Shown here piece by piece: positions 19,704-29,354 of a stretch of DNA of 64,000 bases. The notes below the pieces were generated by a model. It saw only the letters and a program-made list of their open reading frames with translations, was not told the DNA's origin and made no database searches. The stretch is from a virus (taxonomy: Duplodnaviria; Caudoviricetes), in IMG/VR virus record IMGVR_UViG_3300043443_000284, positions 439 through 64,438 of that record, one strand, 5' to 3'. Positions within the stretch are counted from its first letter, which is position 1. Every line of letters starts with the position of its first letter. The position numbers and the translations under genes are program-made.

Positions 19704-20421
19704 CTATGATTTCTGCATCCTGTATATCTTCTTGTTGATATGTTTTTAATAATTTGCCAAACCCCATCTTTATAGCTTCAAGAGTAGCTGCGTCACGTAC
19801 ACAATCCTTTACAATCTTTAGGATTTGCATAGCTAGACTATATGCCTGATCGACTTCTAACGTATAGGCTTTCGTATGCATCATGCGAGCTTCAGCTTCA
19901 ACAATATCAGTTCTCTTATCAATAAGTTGAACGACATCTTGACTTGCTCGATAAACATCAATGCCTTCACTGATCATTTTGTCAAGAGCTTTAAATGCCT
20001 TACCGAACTCATCAGTCCCAACAGTGGCCTTACATACAGCCATCTGGTCTTTTATCTCTTCATAATGCTCTACTGATATGCCATTACTTGCAGCTTCAGC
20101 ACGTATATCCATTAACGCTGTCAGATACGCAGCATCATCCTTTAATGAAAAAAGATCTGGATCTTCACGCAACTCATCTATGCGTGATAATAACTTAGGT
20201 GCAACTTGTGAAAACCTACGTCGTTGTTTAGACCATAGGCCATTTTTAAACGCTGGATTATCTGGTCCAATCAATGCTTTACCACCATGATACTTGCAGT
20301 AATCACGTCCTTTAACTGCAAGGTTCTTGCACATATGCCCATCTTCTAATGTTGATTTGCACAGTGCAATCTTTGCTCCGTTTGCCATAACGCGACAATG
20401 GTCTTCTGTCATTACTCTCAC
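19666..20421 (-). CDS. terS: Terminase small subunit candidate (HGG motif Zn-finger)
   Basis: C..C...C..HGG N-terminal motif, helical C-terminus, overlaps terL start. Confidence 0.7.
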   Translation of the reverse strand: MRVMTEDHCRVMANGAKIALCKSTLEDGHMCKNLAVKGRDYCKYHGGKALIGPDNPAFKNGLWSKQRRRFSQVAPKLLSRIDELREDPDLFSLKDDAAYLTALMDIRAEAASNGISVEHYEEIKDQMAVCKATVGTDEFGKAFKALDKMISEGIDVYRASQDVVQLIDKRTDIVEAEARMMHTKAYTLEVDQAYSLAMQILKIVKDCVRDAATLEAIKMGFGKLLKTYQQEDIQDAEIIDEESSIVAPDTA

Positions 20422-21569
20422 TTTGTCACAATGTCATGCTGCCGTGCAGAAGGCCTTGGGAAGAATGCATTTTTAACGACACTGCCATATCCCTTTAAAA
20501 GGTCTTTTATCTGACCAACGTCTCCAGAGCCAATAGCGCCCATGGCTTTTACTAGCTCTTGAGTTGCTGGATGCTTTGCAAGATCTTCTTGATGATATTC
20601 CAGTGCTTGCATAAGTTTTAAAATATCCCAGCCTGTATTTTGAGCATTTGTTAAACCTAATTGCTGATTGTAATAATCGCCTTGCATTGCTGGTTTATAT
20701 TGGAATGCATCAAATTTAGGTAGATTTTGTCCATAGTTAGTAGATTCCATTGGCGGTGCAATGTTTGTATCTGGAAGTGACTGTGGATTTCCGCCAGTAA
20801 ATCGCGATGCAATTTCAGTTCCTTGCTGCATTACTGGTTGCAATATTTTCATCAAAGCCAATGTTGTTTCATCCCAATGTGGCTGTGTCATGTAATGCTC
20901 ACCTGCGTCAAGCATTTTCTTACTGCCAGCGACTGCTGGTTTTTTAGCAATATCTTTTTTTGCTAAATCATTAAGGTAATTTTCAAAACCGGGTATCGCC
21001 TGAAAGTATGATTTTCCTCCTAATTCTGGGCGACCTTTTTGTAAAAATCCTGCCAACTCCAATAATTGCTTATACATCATTGGGTCAGTAACAAGATTTG
21101 TCATTGGAGCTGATTTCTCTGCTTGTTTTATTCCCTGTTTAACAACTGGATTCGTTATGGCTGACCCCAAGCCGGGTAACCCCTTGCTTAATAAAAGTCC
21201 CATAAGTTGATCTTTTGCAAAATTACCACCACCTAATATAAGTTGTTCTCCAACTTTATTAGTTCGATATTTCGGATCTACATCTGGAGATAATTGTTTT
21301 AGTGCCGTTAGTCCTAGATCATGTGCCATTGGACCTTCAGTCATAACTCGTCCAACAGCTCGTTTAGCACCAGTCTTACCACTTAATTTATATGCAGTTG
21401 TGTCTGCTGCTAATTTACCAATTGGTTCAGTGGCATATGAACCCTGAGCTGCTTGCAATAACGTGACAAAAGGAGGAAGTGAGTTTAAGTAATCAGTCAT
21501 CTTTGCAGATGTAGATTTGTCCTGCCTTTCTGGTAAGTACCGAGTTCTTTTACCGGGTAACTCTTGCAT
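20418..21569 (-). CDS. Hypothetical protein (possible internal virion protein)
   Basis: 383-aa ORF coupled to neighbours; no family recognised. Confidence 0.6.
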   Translation of the reverse strand: MQELPGKRTRYLPERQDKSTSAKMTDYLNSLPPFVTLLQAAQGSYATEPIGKLAADTTAYKLSGKTGAKRAVGRVMTEGPMAHDLGLTALKQLSPDVDPKYRTNKVGEQLILGGGNFAKDQLMGLLLSKGLPGLGSAITNPVVKQGIKQAEKSAPMTNLVTDPMMYKQLLELAGFLQKGRPELGGKSYFQAIPGFENYLNDLAKKDIAKKPAVAGSKKMLDAGEHYMTQPHWDETTLALMKILQPVMQQGTEIASRFTGGNPQSLPDTNIAPPMESTNYGQNLPKFDAFQYKPAMQGDYYNQQLGLTNAQNTGWDILKLMQALEYHQEDLAKHPATQELVKAMGAIGSGDVGQIKDLLKGYGSVVKNAFFPRPSARQHDIVTK

Positions 21570-24500
21570 TACTGCCTCCTATCACCTGACTGTACTTGTA
21601 GTGCTCCAGCAAGTCCACTTAAGACGCCGTATTTACCAACAGCTTTACCTGCTCCTCCCGGCCTTGATTTACTCTTAAGTAATGCTTGCATGTTATCGAT
21701 TGGAACCATATTTCTTGCTGGAGGTTGTTTTGCAGGAGTTGCAGCAGACTGAACAATAGCTGGTCGGCGATTGATTTTAGTCCCACCAGATACTTTTTTG
21801 TAATCAGGCTTACCTTTCTTTGCATTTTCAATCTCAGAATATTTAGCAGCTCGAATTTTAATATCACTTAAATTAAATTCGTCTGTTTGCGTATATTTAC
21901 CAGCTTTACGTGACGCAGCTGCAATTTCTTCTAGGCGTTTAATGTCGTCGTTAGAACCCTCCGCGTAAATCCATCCAATTTCTGGGAAGAATTCAGTTGC
22001 GTAGAATTTTGCCTTTGATCTATTTACTGCACGAGTTTGCTCGTTAGCTTTGCGTGCTGCCTCAACCTTTTCTGCAATAGTGCGATCATCAGTTGGTTCA
22101 CTAGCAGGACGTTGCACATTTAATTTAGACCCACGGATTATCTGTTGTTGTGCAACATCAGCAGCTTCTGGCGTTACATCAAAGTTTTCAACAAAGTCGC
22201 GCAGTTGAGTATTAACTACTCTCATTTGATCGGCATCATCTGAAAGGTATGCATCAATATAATCACGCATGTAATCCCTTACCTGTGCTGTTTGCATGTT
22301 GTCTGCGCCAACCATTGGCATGGATCGTATTAAACTCTTCATTACCTGTTCTGCAGCAGCAGCTCGGCTATTAGGGTCAGCAATACCATTTCCATCCATT
22401 AACTCATCAGCGTATGTACGGATAACATTCTTGGCTTGGTTTGCCATCGAGAACACAGTTGATCGGTGATTATCAATTGCTGTTTGCCTTGCTTCCTTTT
22501 CTAATCCAGCAATAGCCTTTTCAGCTGTACCAAAAGATCTTCCTCTAGTACTTGTCGCATTCATAGCCCAGTTGACTTGTGCATCAGGCCGTAAACTATC
22601 GGCTGCTCCATATGCATCTAGGAAACCAAGTAATTGGCGTCCCTGTCGTGGAGTAGCTTTTTGCAGAAACTTTAATACCTCTGCAGTTTCAATCTTATTG
22701 TTTTTATCTACGTAGATACCGATCTCTTCAATCAAGTACTTACGTCGCTCTGCAGCATCTGGCCCAGATGGCTCAACGATATTCTGCAAGTGAACACGCA
22801 TGTCATTGACTTGCTGTCGCTTGTAATCTGCATTTACTGCTCCACCAGAACTAGTATCATTCGCAGCCTTACCAAGAAGTGCAGTTGCTTGTTGCTGTCC
22901 AGTATTTAACGGAGCAGAGGATGTCATTGGGCGACCAAAGATGTCTTTAGCCTGTACCCATGAGGACCCTTGTTTTTCGTACACAGGATAATCGACAAAT
23001 CCATCAGCGCCACGTTTTACCGACACCGTCATTTGCGCAGGGATTGGATTACCTTCTCGGTCAACAGGTGTAACTAAAACTGAATTACTAGAACGAGCCG
23101 TAGTTGACCCAGTACTTGAAAAGTATCTGTTAATGTCTACTTTTGAATCACCAGTAATCCATGCACTAAGCATGTCTGTAACCTGTGACACGCGACTAGC
23201 AGAACCAGTTGCAGCAATAGGTCGTGAATAATCTGGGCCATCAGGTGTCATGGCAAATAGATGTTTTCGTCCAGCACCAACTGAGACAAAATCATCTAAG
23301 TTGTTCATCGCCTTGTCGCGTGACCGTCTCAGTTCTGCCAGCATTGACTTAGCTGCAGATTCTTGATATCCACTTAGATTTCCAGAGTTGATTTGGAAGT
23401 TTAACTTACTGATTGCATCATCAACTGCATTCAGCGTTTGTGAAAACAATGGGTCATTCGCAATTGCCTTTGATCCATCTTTATTTGGAGCTAAATACGT
23501 AACAATATCTTCTAATCCAGATGTAGCAGCTAATTCAGTATCTGTATCAGAAATAAATCCTGTGTTGTACGCCTTTTTTGTTTCTCCGGAAAATCCACCA
23601 AATAAAGAAGAGTCAACACGGAAGTTTCCTGCTAGTCTTGCAATCAAATGGTCAGGAGACATTTTTAATTGGGATGCTTCGTACTTTTCATCAGCAGTTG
23701 CAAAGCTTTGCCTTCTTGCAAGATATGCATCAATACGTTGACGGCGACTACCACCAGCACCAGTGATGTTTTCAAGATCAATCAGTTTTAAATCACGTGG
23801 TCGCCCTTGTCCTTCAACTGGATCATTAGGGCCAAATAAGATATCTAGTTGGTCTGTACTTGCGTATGGAGCCATGATACGTTTTGCTAAACCCATATCT
23901 TTAGCATTCATAGCATCTTGTACCTTTGGTACATCCATTTCAAATTGATCTTCTTTGCCAGCAATATCAAACGTAAACAAGTTACGCATTGCACGCTTGA
24001 CTCCAAATGGAGCAGTAATCGCATCCATAACAACTTGCTTTGCTTCGTTATCATTGGAATCAAAAATTTGCTTGATAGTGTTATCTGTATCAACTACCTG
24101 TAAGTTAAACGCTAAGGCATTTTGAAAATATTGTCCAAGAGGTGTTTTGTGCAGAGTGTGAAAAGCTTCGATTGGATCATTGTTTGAGAATGCATCATAA
24201 AACGGTGTTGTAAAACTATTCATCAATCGAACAGCTGCAGAACGAGCAGTTCTGTTACCCACACCTCCGTCTGCAGTACGGTATGTAGCACCTGCTGCAA
24301 AGTTTTCACCAGCATCATCTATGGCATTTTTCATCACCATAGCTGTTGCGCCACGAATCCTATCGAATGACGCAACGTTTTTGGCTACTTGCCCACTTGC
24401 GCCAGTCCTAAACACGGCACCAAGTACTGGATCAGCTGCATACCACTTTTCAATGCCTTCCGAATACATCTTCATTGTGGGGTCGCCATATAAAGATGTA

Positions 24501-25864
24501 TTAAAATAGCTTCTAGCGTCTTCTACGTCGGCATCGTTATTCAGAGGAATAGATGCTAGGTACGCAATAGCACCTTTGGCTATACGTGTTTTTGCCGTAT
24601 TGTTGAATTGCTGTTGAGTACCAACATTTACAGCACTGGACAAAATGTTATAACCAGCACTTTGCGTAATTGCTTCTGACTCTGTGCGGTATTGAGTAGC
24701 CTTATTTGATATCTGTGTACGCAATGTATCTAACTGAGTTGGCGTAAACAAATCTTGTCCAGTTGATCTCTTGTACTCAACCATAACTTCATCAAGAGTC
24801 TTGCCATAGGAAGTTCGTGCAATTTGTGTAAATGGATGGTTTTCATTGATGGTCGTATTTTGACCCCAGATAGAACCAACCTCACTAATTAATCCACGAT
24901 CAAGATTTTCCGCACGAGTAAGATTTTTCCGTGCTTCACCAGCTAATTGATTATGTACTGTTTGAATAATGCCGAATGGATTGTTTGACATTCCACCTTT
25001 TTTAACAGTATCGCGAATCAAAGTGTCTGCACGTAATGTTGTACGTAACGCAGCAGGTGGTTGACTCAACGGGTCTACCATGACAAACGCATCACCGGAG
25101 ATTTTGCGTTTCTCCGCCATCGCTGCGCGTTGTATTTCCTCTTCCGTCTGAGGTATTTCGCTAGTCATACCTTGACCAAAACTAGGGCGCTGCATGCTAC
25201 CTAACTGAGCATCACGCTGTTCTTGTGTAAGTGCTCCTGCTTGAAATGCAGATTCAATACCCGCGTCATATCGCGCAGATGCCATGAGGTCGTCAGCTGA
25301 TGTACGTGGACTTGGACCAGCTCCCTGACCTGTAGGGCGAACGTCTTGGATACGTGTTTGTGTTGGTGGCAATTCAGTGCCAGCGGCTTCAGCTGCTTGT
25401 GATGCAGCTTCGTAGTCTAAATCACGACCAGCCTTTTTAATTATCTTATTGCCACTAGCATCTAACTTAGGTGTAAATGTAACTTTCCCGCTAATAGGGT
25501 CTACTGATGATTCACCTTCGTATTCAGTAAATGCTGGCTTAGTACCACCTTCTTGACTGCGCCAATCATAAGAAGGCAAATCGGCTCCACCAGTACCTCT
25601 TACTGGTGCTGCCTTTCGTAATGGACCAACTGCCTTTGGCTTTACAGGTCCGCGACCTTGTGACAACAGATCAAGCAATCCACCTAAATCTGGGGTTGCT
25701 CCTGTACCACTACCAGCTTGTTGTGCTGCTGGTGCTGTAGCAGGTGGTGGCATCTGCGGTGCTGGTTGACCAGCGGGAGGTACTGGAGTAGAAGGCGTAC
25801 CTGCTGGAGGTTGCGCATTTTTCTTCTCATCGTCCATCATCATATTCAACAACGCAGATGCCAT
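21569..25864 (-). CDS. Large hypothetical protein, 1431 aa (possible internal virion protein)
   Basis: Long ORF, Pro/Ala-rich disordered N-terminus, helical body, C-terminal KYGVLSGLAGAL motif. Confidence 0.7.
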   Translation of the reverse strand: MASALLNMMMDDEKKNAQPPAGTPSTPVPPAGQPAPQMPPPATAPAAQQAGSGTGATPDLGGLLDLLSQGRGPVKPKAVGPLRKAAPVRGTGGADLPSYDWRSQEGGTKPAFTEYEGESSVDPISGKVTFTPKLDASGNKIIKKAGRDLDYEAASQAAEAAGTELPPTQTRIQDVRPTGQGAGPSPRTSADDLMASARYDAGIESAFQAGALTQEQRDAQLGSMQRPSFGQGMTSEIPQTEEEIQRAAMAEKRKISGDAFVMVDPLSQPPAALRTTLRADTLIRDTVKKGGMSNNPFGIIQTVHNQLAGEARKNLTRAENLDRGLISEVGSIWGQNTTINENHPFTQIARTSYGKTLDEVMVEYKRSTGQDLFTPTQLDTLRTQISNKATQYRTESEAITQSAGYNILSSAVNVGTQQQFNNTAKTRIAKGAIAYLASIPLNNDADVEDARSYFNTSLYGDPTMKMYSEGIEKWYAADPVLGAVFRTGASGQVAKNVASFDRIRGATAMVMKNAIDDAGENFAAGATYRTADGGVGNRTARSAAVRLMNSFTTPFYDAFSNNDPIEAFHTLHKTPLGQYFQNALAFNLQVVDTDNTIKQIFDSNDNEAKQVVMDAITAPFGVKRAMRNLFTFDIAGKEDQFEMDVPKVQDAMNAKDMGLAKRIMAPYASTDQLDILFGPNDPVEGQGRPRDLKLIDLENITGAGGSRRQRIDAYLARRQSFATADEKYEASQLKMSPDHLIARLAGNFRVDSSLFGGFSGETKKAYNTGFISDTDTELAATSGLEDIVTYLAPNKDGSKAIANDPLFSQTLNAVDDAISKLNFQINSGNLSGYQESAAKSMLAELRRSRDKAMNNLDDFVSVGAGRKHLFAMTPDGPDYSRPIAATGSASRVSQVTDMLSAWITGDSKVDINRYFSSTGSTTARSSNSVLVTPVDREGNPIPAQMTVSVKRGADGFVDYPVYEKQGSSWVQAKDIFGRPMTSSAPLNTGQQQATALLGKAANDTSSGGAVNADYKRQQVNDMRVHLQNIVEPSGPDAAERRKYLIEEIGIYVDKNNKIETAEVLKFLQKATPRQGRQLLGFLDAYGAADSLRPDAQVNWAMNATSTRGRSFGTAEKAIAGLEKEARQTAIDNHRSTVFSMANQAKNVIRTYADELMDGNGIADPNSRAAAAEQVMKSLIRSMPMVGADNMQTAQVRDYMRDYIDAYLSDDADQMRVVNTQLRDFVENFDVTPEAADVAQQQIIRGSKLNVQRPASEPTDDRTIAEKVEAARKANEQTRAVNRSKAKFYATEFFPEIGWIYAEGSNDDIKRLEEIAAASRKAGKYTQTDEFNLSDIKIRAAKYSEIENAKKGKPDYKKVSGGTKINRRPAIVQSAATPAKQPPARNMVPIDNMQALLKSKSRPGGAGKAVGKYGVLSGLAGALQVQSGDRRQ

Positions 25865-25874
25865 ATATCACCTA

Positions 25875-26210
25875 TTACTTCATTAACGACTTGGTAAAGT
25901 AAGACGCATTGGATGGTAGATCCTTTTTCTTAGGGGCTACCTTAGCAGCAGCAGGGCCTTTAGCTACCATGCGCCCACTACTATCAGACTGTCGTCCTGC
26001 GACTTTACCTTTAGTGAATCCGCGATATTCAGCATCGCTAACTTCACGTGCAGCACGAATGCCTGTAGCAGCAAGAGTGCCAGCTGCACCTGCAAGAAGA
26101 CCTTGAGCACGACCTGTACTGCGTGCATTCTTTGGCCAGTTTGCTTCAATCTTTGGAGGCATTTTGCCACCTTGACGATACACTTTTTTAGGGGGAGTTC
26201 CACCGGGCAT
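25875..26210 (-). CDS. Small basic protein
   Basis: K/R/A/G-rich 111 aa with GLLAGAAGTL segment. Confidence 0.6.
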   Translation of the reverse strand: MPGGTPPKKVYRQGGKMPPKIEANWPKNARSTGRAQGLLAGAAGTLAATGIRAAREVSDAEYRGFTKGKVAGRQSDSSGRMVAKGPAAAKVAPKKKDLPSNASYFTKSLMK

Positions 26211-26213
26211 AGC

Positions 26214-26624
26214 TTACCTTCTTCCTTTTGATGCTTCTAATGCATTAGCAATTCCTAAAAGCGCACCAAAACTTTTAGTTCCCATGGCCTTACCAGATCC
26301 AAGAGTAATTTTACTCTTTTCAAAACTAGATGGCATACGACCTCTTGACGATTCTATAACTTTTGATGTAGCCGTTTCTACGTTTGCACGTTTATCGCGT
26401 ATTCTCGTTGTTGGGCTACCATCAGGACCAGCATAACCGCGTTGTCTATTTGTGAAGTTATTACCTAACCGAGTCGCATAAAAGTATTGACTCTCTCCGG
26501 GTTCTGGTGGAGGAGGAGTCCAACCAGCTGCATGCCAGCGATCAAGAGCTTTTTGCGTAGTCATGGTAATAGCTTGTGGTTTACCAGTTGGCGTATAAAA
26601 TTGAGGCCCTTTGTTCTGTGGCAT
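26214..26624 (-). CDS. Small basic protein
   Basis: 136 aa with C-terminal KSFGALLGIANAL. Confidence 0.6.
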   Translation of the reverse strand: MPQNKGPQFYTPTGKPQAITMTTQKALDRWHAAGWTPPPPEPGESQYFYATRLGNNFTNRQRGYAGPDGSPTTRIRDKRANVETATSKVIESSRGRMPSSFEKSKITLGSGKAMGTKSFGALLGIANALEASKGRR

Positions 26625-26633
26625 ACGGTTACC

Positions 26634-26798
26634 TTATTTCACGCGTTTTAAACGTGGGTTACTGCGCTTTGCTGCCTTTGATGCATTGCGCGTAGACGCT
26701 GCAAGAATAGCACCAGCTGCTTCTTTACTCACGCCTTGCTTACGTGCAATTTTATTTTGCACTGCCTTAAATCCGGGGTGTTTTTTTAGTACTTGCAT
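26634..26798 (-). CDS. Small basic protein (54 aa, KHPGFKAVQ family)
   Basis: Manual translation MQVLKKHPGFKAVQNKIARKQGVSKEAAGAILAASTRNASKAAKRSNPRLKRVK; resembles a family common in uncultured phages; below track cutoff. Confidence 0.7.
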   Translation of the reverse strand: MQVLKKHPGFKAVQNKIARKQGVSKEAAGAILAASTRNASKAAKRSNPRLKRVK

Positions 26799-26992
26799 CC
26801 GCAGTTAGCCTTACCGCATTTAGGACATTTCTTGCCCTTGCCGTATTCTGCTGCTTCATGTTTTTCCATTGCTTTTGGGGACAAACCCTTTTTGCTATAT
26901 TCTTTCTTTTCCATTGCAGCCATAGATTTCTTCATTCCAGCATGACCACCCATTTTCATGCCCATCATCTGACCTAGTGATTGTTTTCTCAT
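26786..26992 (-). CDS. Small Met/Lys-rich protein with C-terminal Cys cluster
   Basis: Ends CPKCGKANCGCKY; translationally coupled. Confidence 0.55.
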   Translation of the reverse strand: MRKQSLGQMMGMKMGGHAGMKKSMAAMEKKEYSKKGLSPKAMEKHEAAEYGKGKKCPKCGKANCGCKY

Positions 26993-27240
26993 TTACAGTT
27001 CCACGCTCTCAATGATTTATTGATCCTACTATTAGGATCTCGTGCCGTCTTAGCTGAAGTGTTCTTTGCTTTCATTCCAGACATGCGTGCGCAAAATGAC
27101 GCTCGTCGTCCAGCGTCTGCAGATGTTTTTGGATTTGGTGCAGGTGGTTTCAGATTAGCCCCAGTCGTGCGTTTAAAATGAGCACGTCCAGCGGCATTTA
27201 ATCCACCAGCAGGGTTTTGGTATTTTTTTACTACTCCCAC
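26989..27240 (-). CDS. DUF6321-like small basic phage protein
   Basis: QNPAGGLNAAGR...RRASFCARM...SRINKSLRAWNC signature. Confidence 0.75.
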   Translation of the reverse strand: MGVVKKYQNPAGGLNAAGRAHFKRTTGANLKPPAPNPKTSADAGRRASFCARMSGMKAKNTSAKTARDPNSRINKSLRAWNCK

Positions 27241-27242
27241 TA

Positions 27243-27986
27243 TTACCCCCTTATGTTACACGCGCTATCCATAACGCGAGCCTTGGCTTTGCCTGATCCA
27301 TTTCCACTATTGGATTTAGGTTTTACTGGAGTTACCTTTTTAGGTTGTGGTTTGACAACTGGTTTCTGAATCACGGGAGGTTCATCTCGTGAGCGGTCCC
27401 GTCCAGTTGCAACTAAGGCTCCAGCCAATCCGCCTATTAGACCAAATTTAGGAGCAAACCGTACCGCGTTTCGCCCAGACGATTGCTTCATGGGTACAGG
27501 TTTTTGAGTAGGTGGCGTTGACACAGACGAGTTTGAATTAACTGTATTAGTTACACGGGCTGTGCTAGAAGATGCATTTCCGTTTGTGTTATTTCCGCTT
27601 GTCTTATTAGTTACGATTGTATTTGACGATTGTTTACTTGAAGATGGTTTATTACTAGTTGGTGTATTTGTTGATGGCTTATTACTAGTTGGTGTGTTTG
27701 TTGATGGCTTATTACCACTGGTGCTATCGGATTTAGGAACAGATGGCGAGGCTGGCTTATTATTGTAAGGCACTGGTGAAGGTGCTGATTTGTTACTGTA
27801 AGCCACTGGTCGTGGCATAGGCTTATTGGAAACAGGAACAGATGGAGCCATTGGCCTTGAAGCAGCACGCGGCATACTACCTTTGGCTGCAATATCAGGT
27901 GGTGCTTTAAGAGTCTGTTTAGCTCCATCAGGCTTGGCTTTAAGCGATTGCTTGGCGTTATCGGGTTGCTTCTTTTCGTTTTGCAT
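27243..27986 (-). CDS. Low-complexity basic protein with NKP repeats
   Basis: Disordered N/K/P/S/T-rich; KFGLIGGLAGAL segment; start set at MQNEK after AAGGTG (track start 28004). Confidence 0.6.
   Translation of the reverse strand: MQNEKKQPDNAKQSLKAKPDGAKQTLKAPPDIAAKGSMPRAASRPMAPSVPVSNKPMPRPVAYSNKSAPSPVPYNNKPASPSVPKSDSTSGNKPSTNTPTSNKPSTNTPTSNKPSSSKQSSNTIVTNKTSGNNTNGNASSSTARVTNTVNSNSSVSTPPTQKPVPMKQSSGRNAVRFAPKFGLIGGLAGALVATGRDRSRDEPPVIQKPVVKPQPKKVTPVKPKSNSGNGSGKAKARVMDSACNIRG
27643..27714 (+). repeat. In-frame 30-bp tandem repeat (about 2.4 copies; NKPSTNTPTS)
   Basis: gatgg(t/c)ttattactagttggtgt(a/g)tttgtt at 27643 and 27673, partial at 27703. Confidence 0.9.
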
Positions 27987-28011
27987 AATACACCTTGAAT
28001 GCATTATACAT

Positions 28012-28036
28012 AAAAAGACCCGCTATATGCGGGTCT
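28012..28036 (-). terminator. Intrinsic terminator after ssb
   Basis: AGACCCGC-ATATA-GCGGGTCT followed by TTTT on minus strand. Confidence 0.75.
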
Positions 28037-28042
28037 CAACAC

Positions 28043-28429
28043 TTAGTCTGCGAATGGATCTTCTATGTCAGAAGTAGGCAACATTCCTGCAGGTTTCGGA
28101 TTTGGAACACTGTCTTGTTCCTTCCTAGAATCTAGTAATTGCCAGTTATCAATCATAATCTTTACTGATTGCTGCTTTACGCCTTCTTTGTTAACGTATT
28201 GATCAAGTTGAATCTTGCCAACAATACCAATAAGACGACCCTTTTGTGCGTACTCGGCCAAAGCATCACCCTGTTGACCAAAGGCCGTACAACTAAAGAA
28301 GTCTGTTTCTTTTTCACGCCCTTTACGGTCTACTGCTACGCGAATACTACAAACAGATTTACCGCTTGGTGTTTGCCGAGACTCTGGATCAGCAACCAAC
28401 CGTCCTACAATAGTGCATTGATTAATCAT
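28043..28429 (-). CDS. ssb: Single-stranded DNA-binding protein
   Basis: NQCTIVGRLVADPE...ETDFF...KGRLIGIVGKI OB-fold; acidic C-terminal DPFAD. Confidence 0.95.
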   Translation of the reverse strand: MINQCTIVGRLVADPESRQTPSGKSVCSIRVAVDRKGREKETDFFSCTAFGQQGDALAEYAQKGRLIGIVGKIQLDQYVNKEGVKQQSVKIMIDNWQLLDSRKEQDSVPNPKPAGMLPTSDIEDPFAD

Positions 28430-28438
28430 GGTGATATG

Positions 28439-28459
28439 ATTATATCAGATGTATTACAT
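28439..28459 (-). promoter_or_regulatory. Extended -10 promoter for ssb (TGATATAAT) with adjacent palindrome ATGTAATACAT
   Basis: -10 at 28439-28444, TG extension, perfect palindrome at 28449-28459. Confidence 0.6.
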
Positions 28460-28477
28460 CGGACAGGAGGGTTTACT

Positions 28478-28672
28478 ATGAGTTGGTTAAGCAAAACACT
28501 GAAAAAGTTTAGCGGTGACAAGATCCCTGAAATTGATTTCTCTGAGTCTTTTGTCGCTAAAAATGTAACAATTATTACAGTCCAGCGGTTATTGTTAGAG
28601 CTTGGGGACAATGATCTTCGTAGACTCTGGCACATGATTGGAAATGAGCTAGCTAAGCGCAAGAATCAATAG
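28478..28672 (+). CDS. Hypothetical protein (64 aa), lone plus-strand gene in minus arm
   Basis: AGGAGG SD 7 nt before ATG 28478; MSWLSKTLKK...; fills the gap between ssb and thyX. Confidence 0.65.
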   Translation: MSWLSKTLKKFSGDKIPEIDFSESFVAKNVTIITVQRLLLELGDNDLRRLWHMIGNELAKRKNQ

Positions 28673-28689
28673 TACACAGAGCGTTGATT

Positions 28690-29343
28690 TTACTCAGCGC
28701 TCTTTTCTTCTTTTATCCAGTACTTTTCAAATGCTTTTGTTGTGTTTGGAAGCACTTCACATAAAACATTCCAGCAATCTGTAGCAATTTCACGATGCTC
28801 TAGCTGTGTGTGGCTATCCATTCGTACCCTGCAATAGTGCAACCAATCCCTGACTGTCCCCTTCATATACATCCTTGTGCCAACACACATGGGAAGTACC
28901 ATTCTTGCTGATTCCAAGGCAACTCCAGACTTAACTAGATCGTCATATGCTCTAATTGCCACTAGGATTGGCGCAAGAGCCTTGTTATCCATTTGAAATT
29001 GCGTCTCTGTATCTTCAAAAAGCAAGCTGCTTTGACGATTGGTGCTACCTTTACGTCGCATTGATGGAAGATCCAGCTCTATTTTGCTTGGGTTGGCATA
29101 TCGTTGGCTAAATTCTTGGAAATGGAAGCTCCTGTGACGCAGTATTTGTGCTGCAATAGCCCTAGATGTATAGATTTCCATGACAACATCAGCCATTTGG
29201 AACACAGACCAGTGTTCTTTACGCATACAGTAGTTAAGCAGCTTGACGTAGTCTGGATTATCTTCGTTATCTGATGAAACACGTGCAAGGTGAATCATGA
29301 ATTCTTCTGCGTCGGGCTGAATATACTTGAGTGTTGCTGCCAT
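28690..29343 (-). CDS. thyX: FAD-dependent thymidylate synthase
   Basis: HWSVF, ILRHRSFHFQEFSQRYA signature, ESARMVLP, HTQLEHR. Confidence 0.95.
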   Translation of the reverse strand: MAATLKYIQPDAEEFMIHLARVSSDNEDNPDYVKLLNYCMRKEHWSVFQMADVVMEIYTSRAIAAQILRHRSFHFQEFSQRYANPSKIELDLPSMRRKGSTNRQSSLLFEDTETQFQMDNKALAPILVAIRAYDDLVKSGVALESARMVLPMCVGTRMYMKGTVRDWLHYCRVRMDSHTQLEHREIATDCWNVLCEVLPNTTKAFEKYWIKEEKSAE

Positions 29344-29354
29344 TTTTGCTCCTA

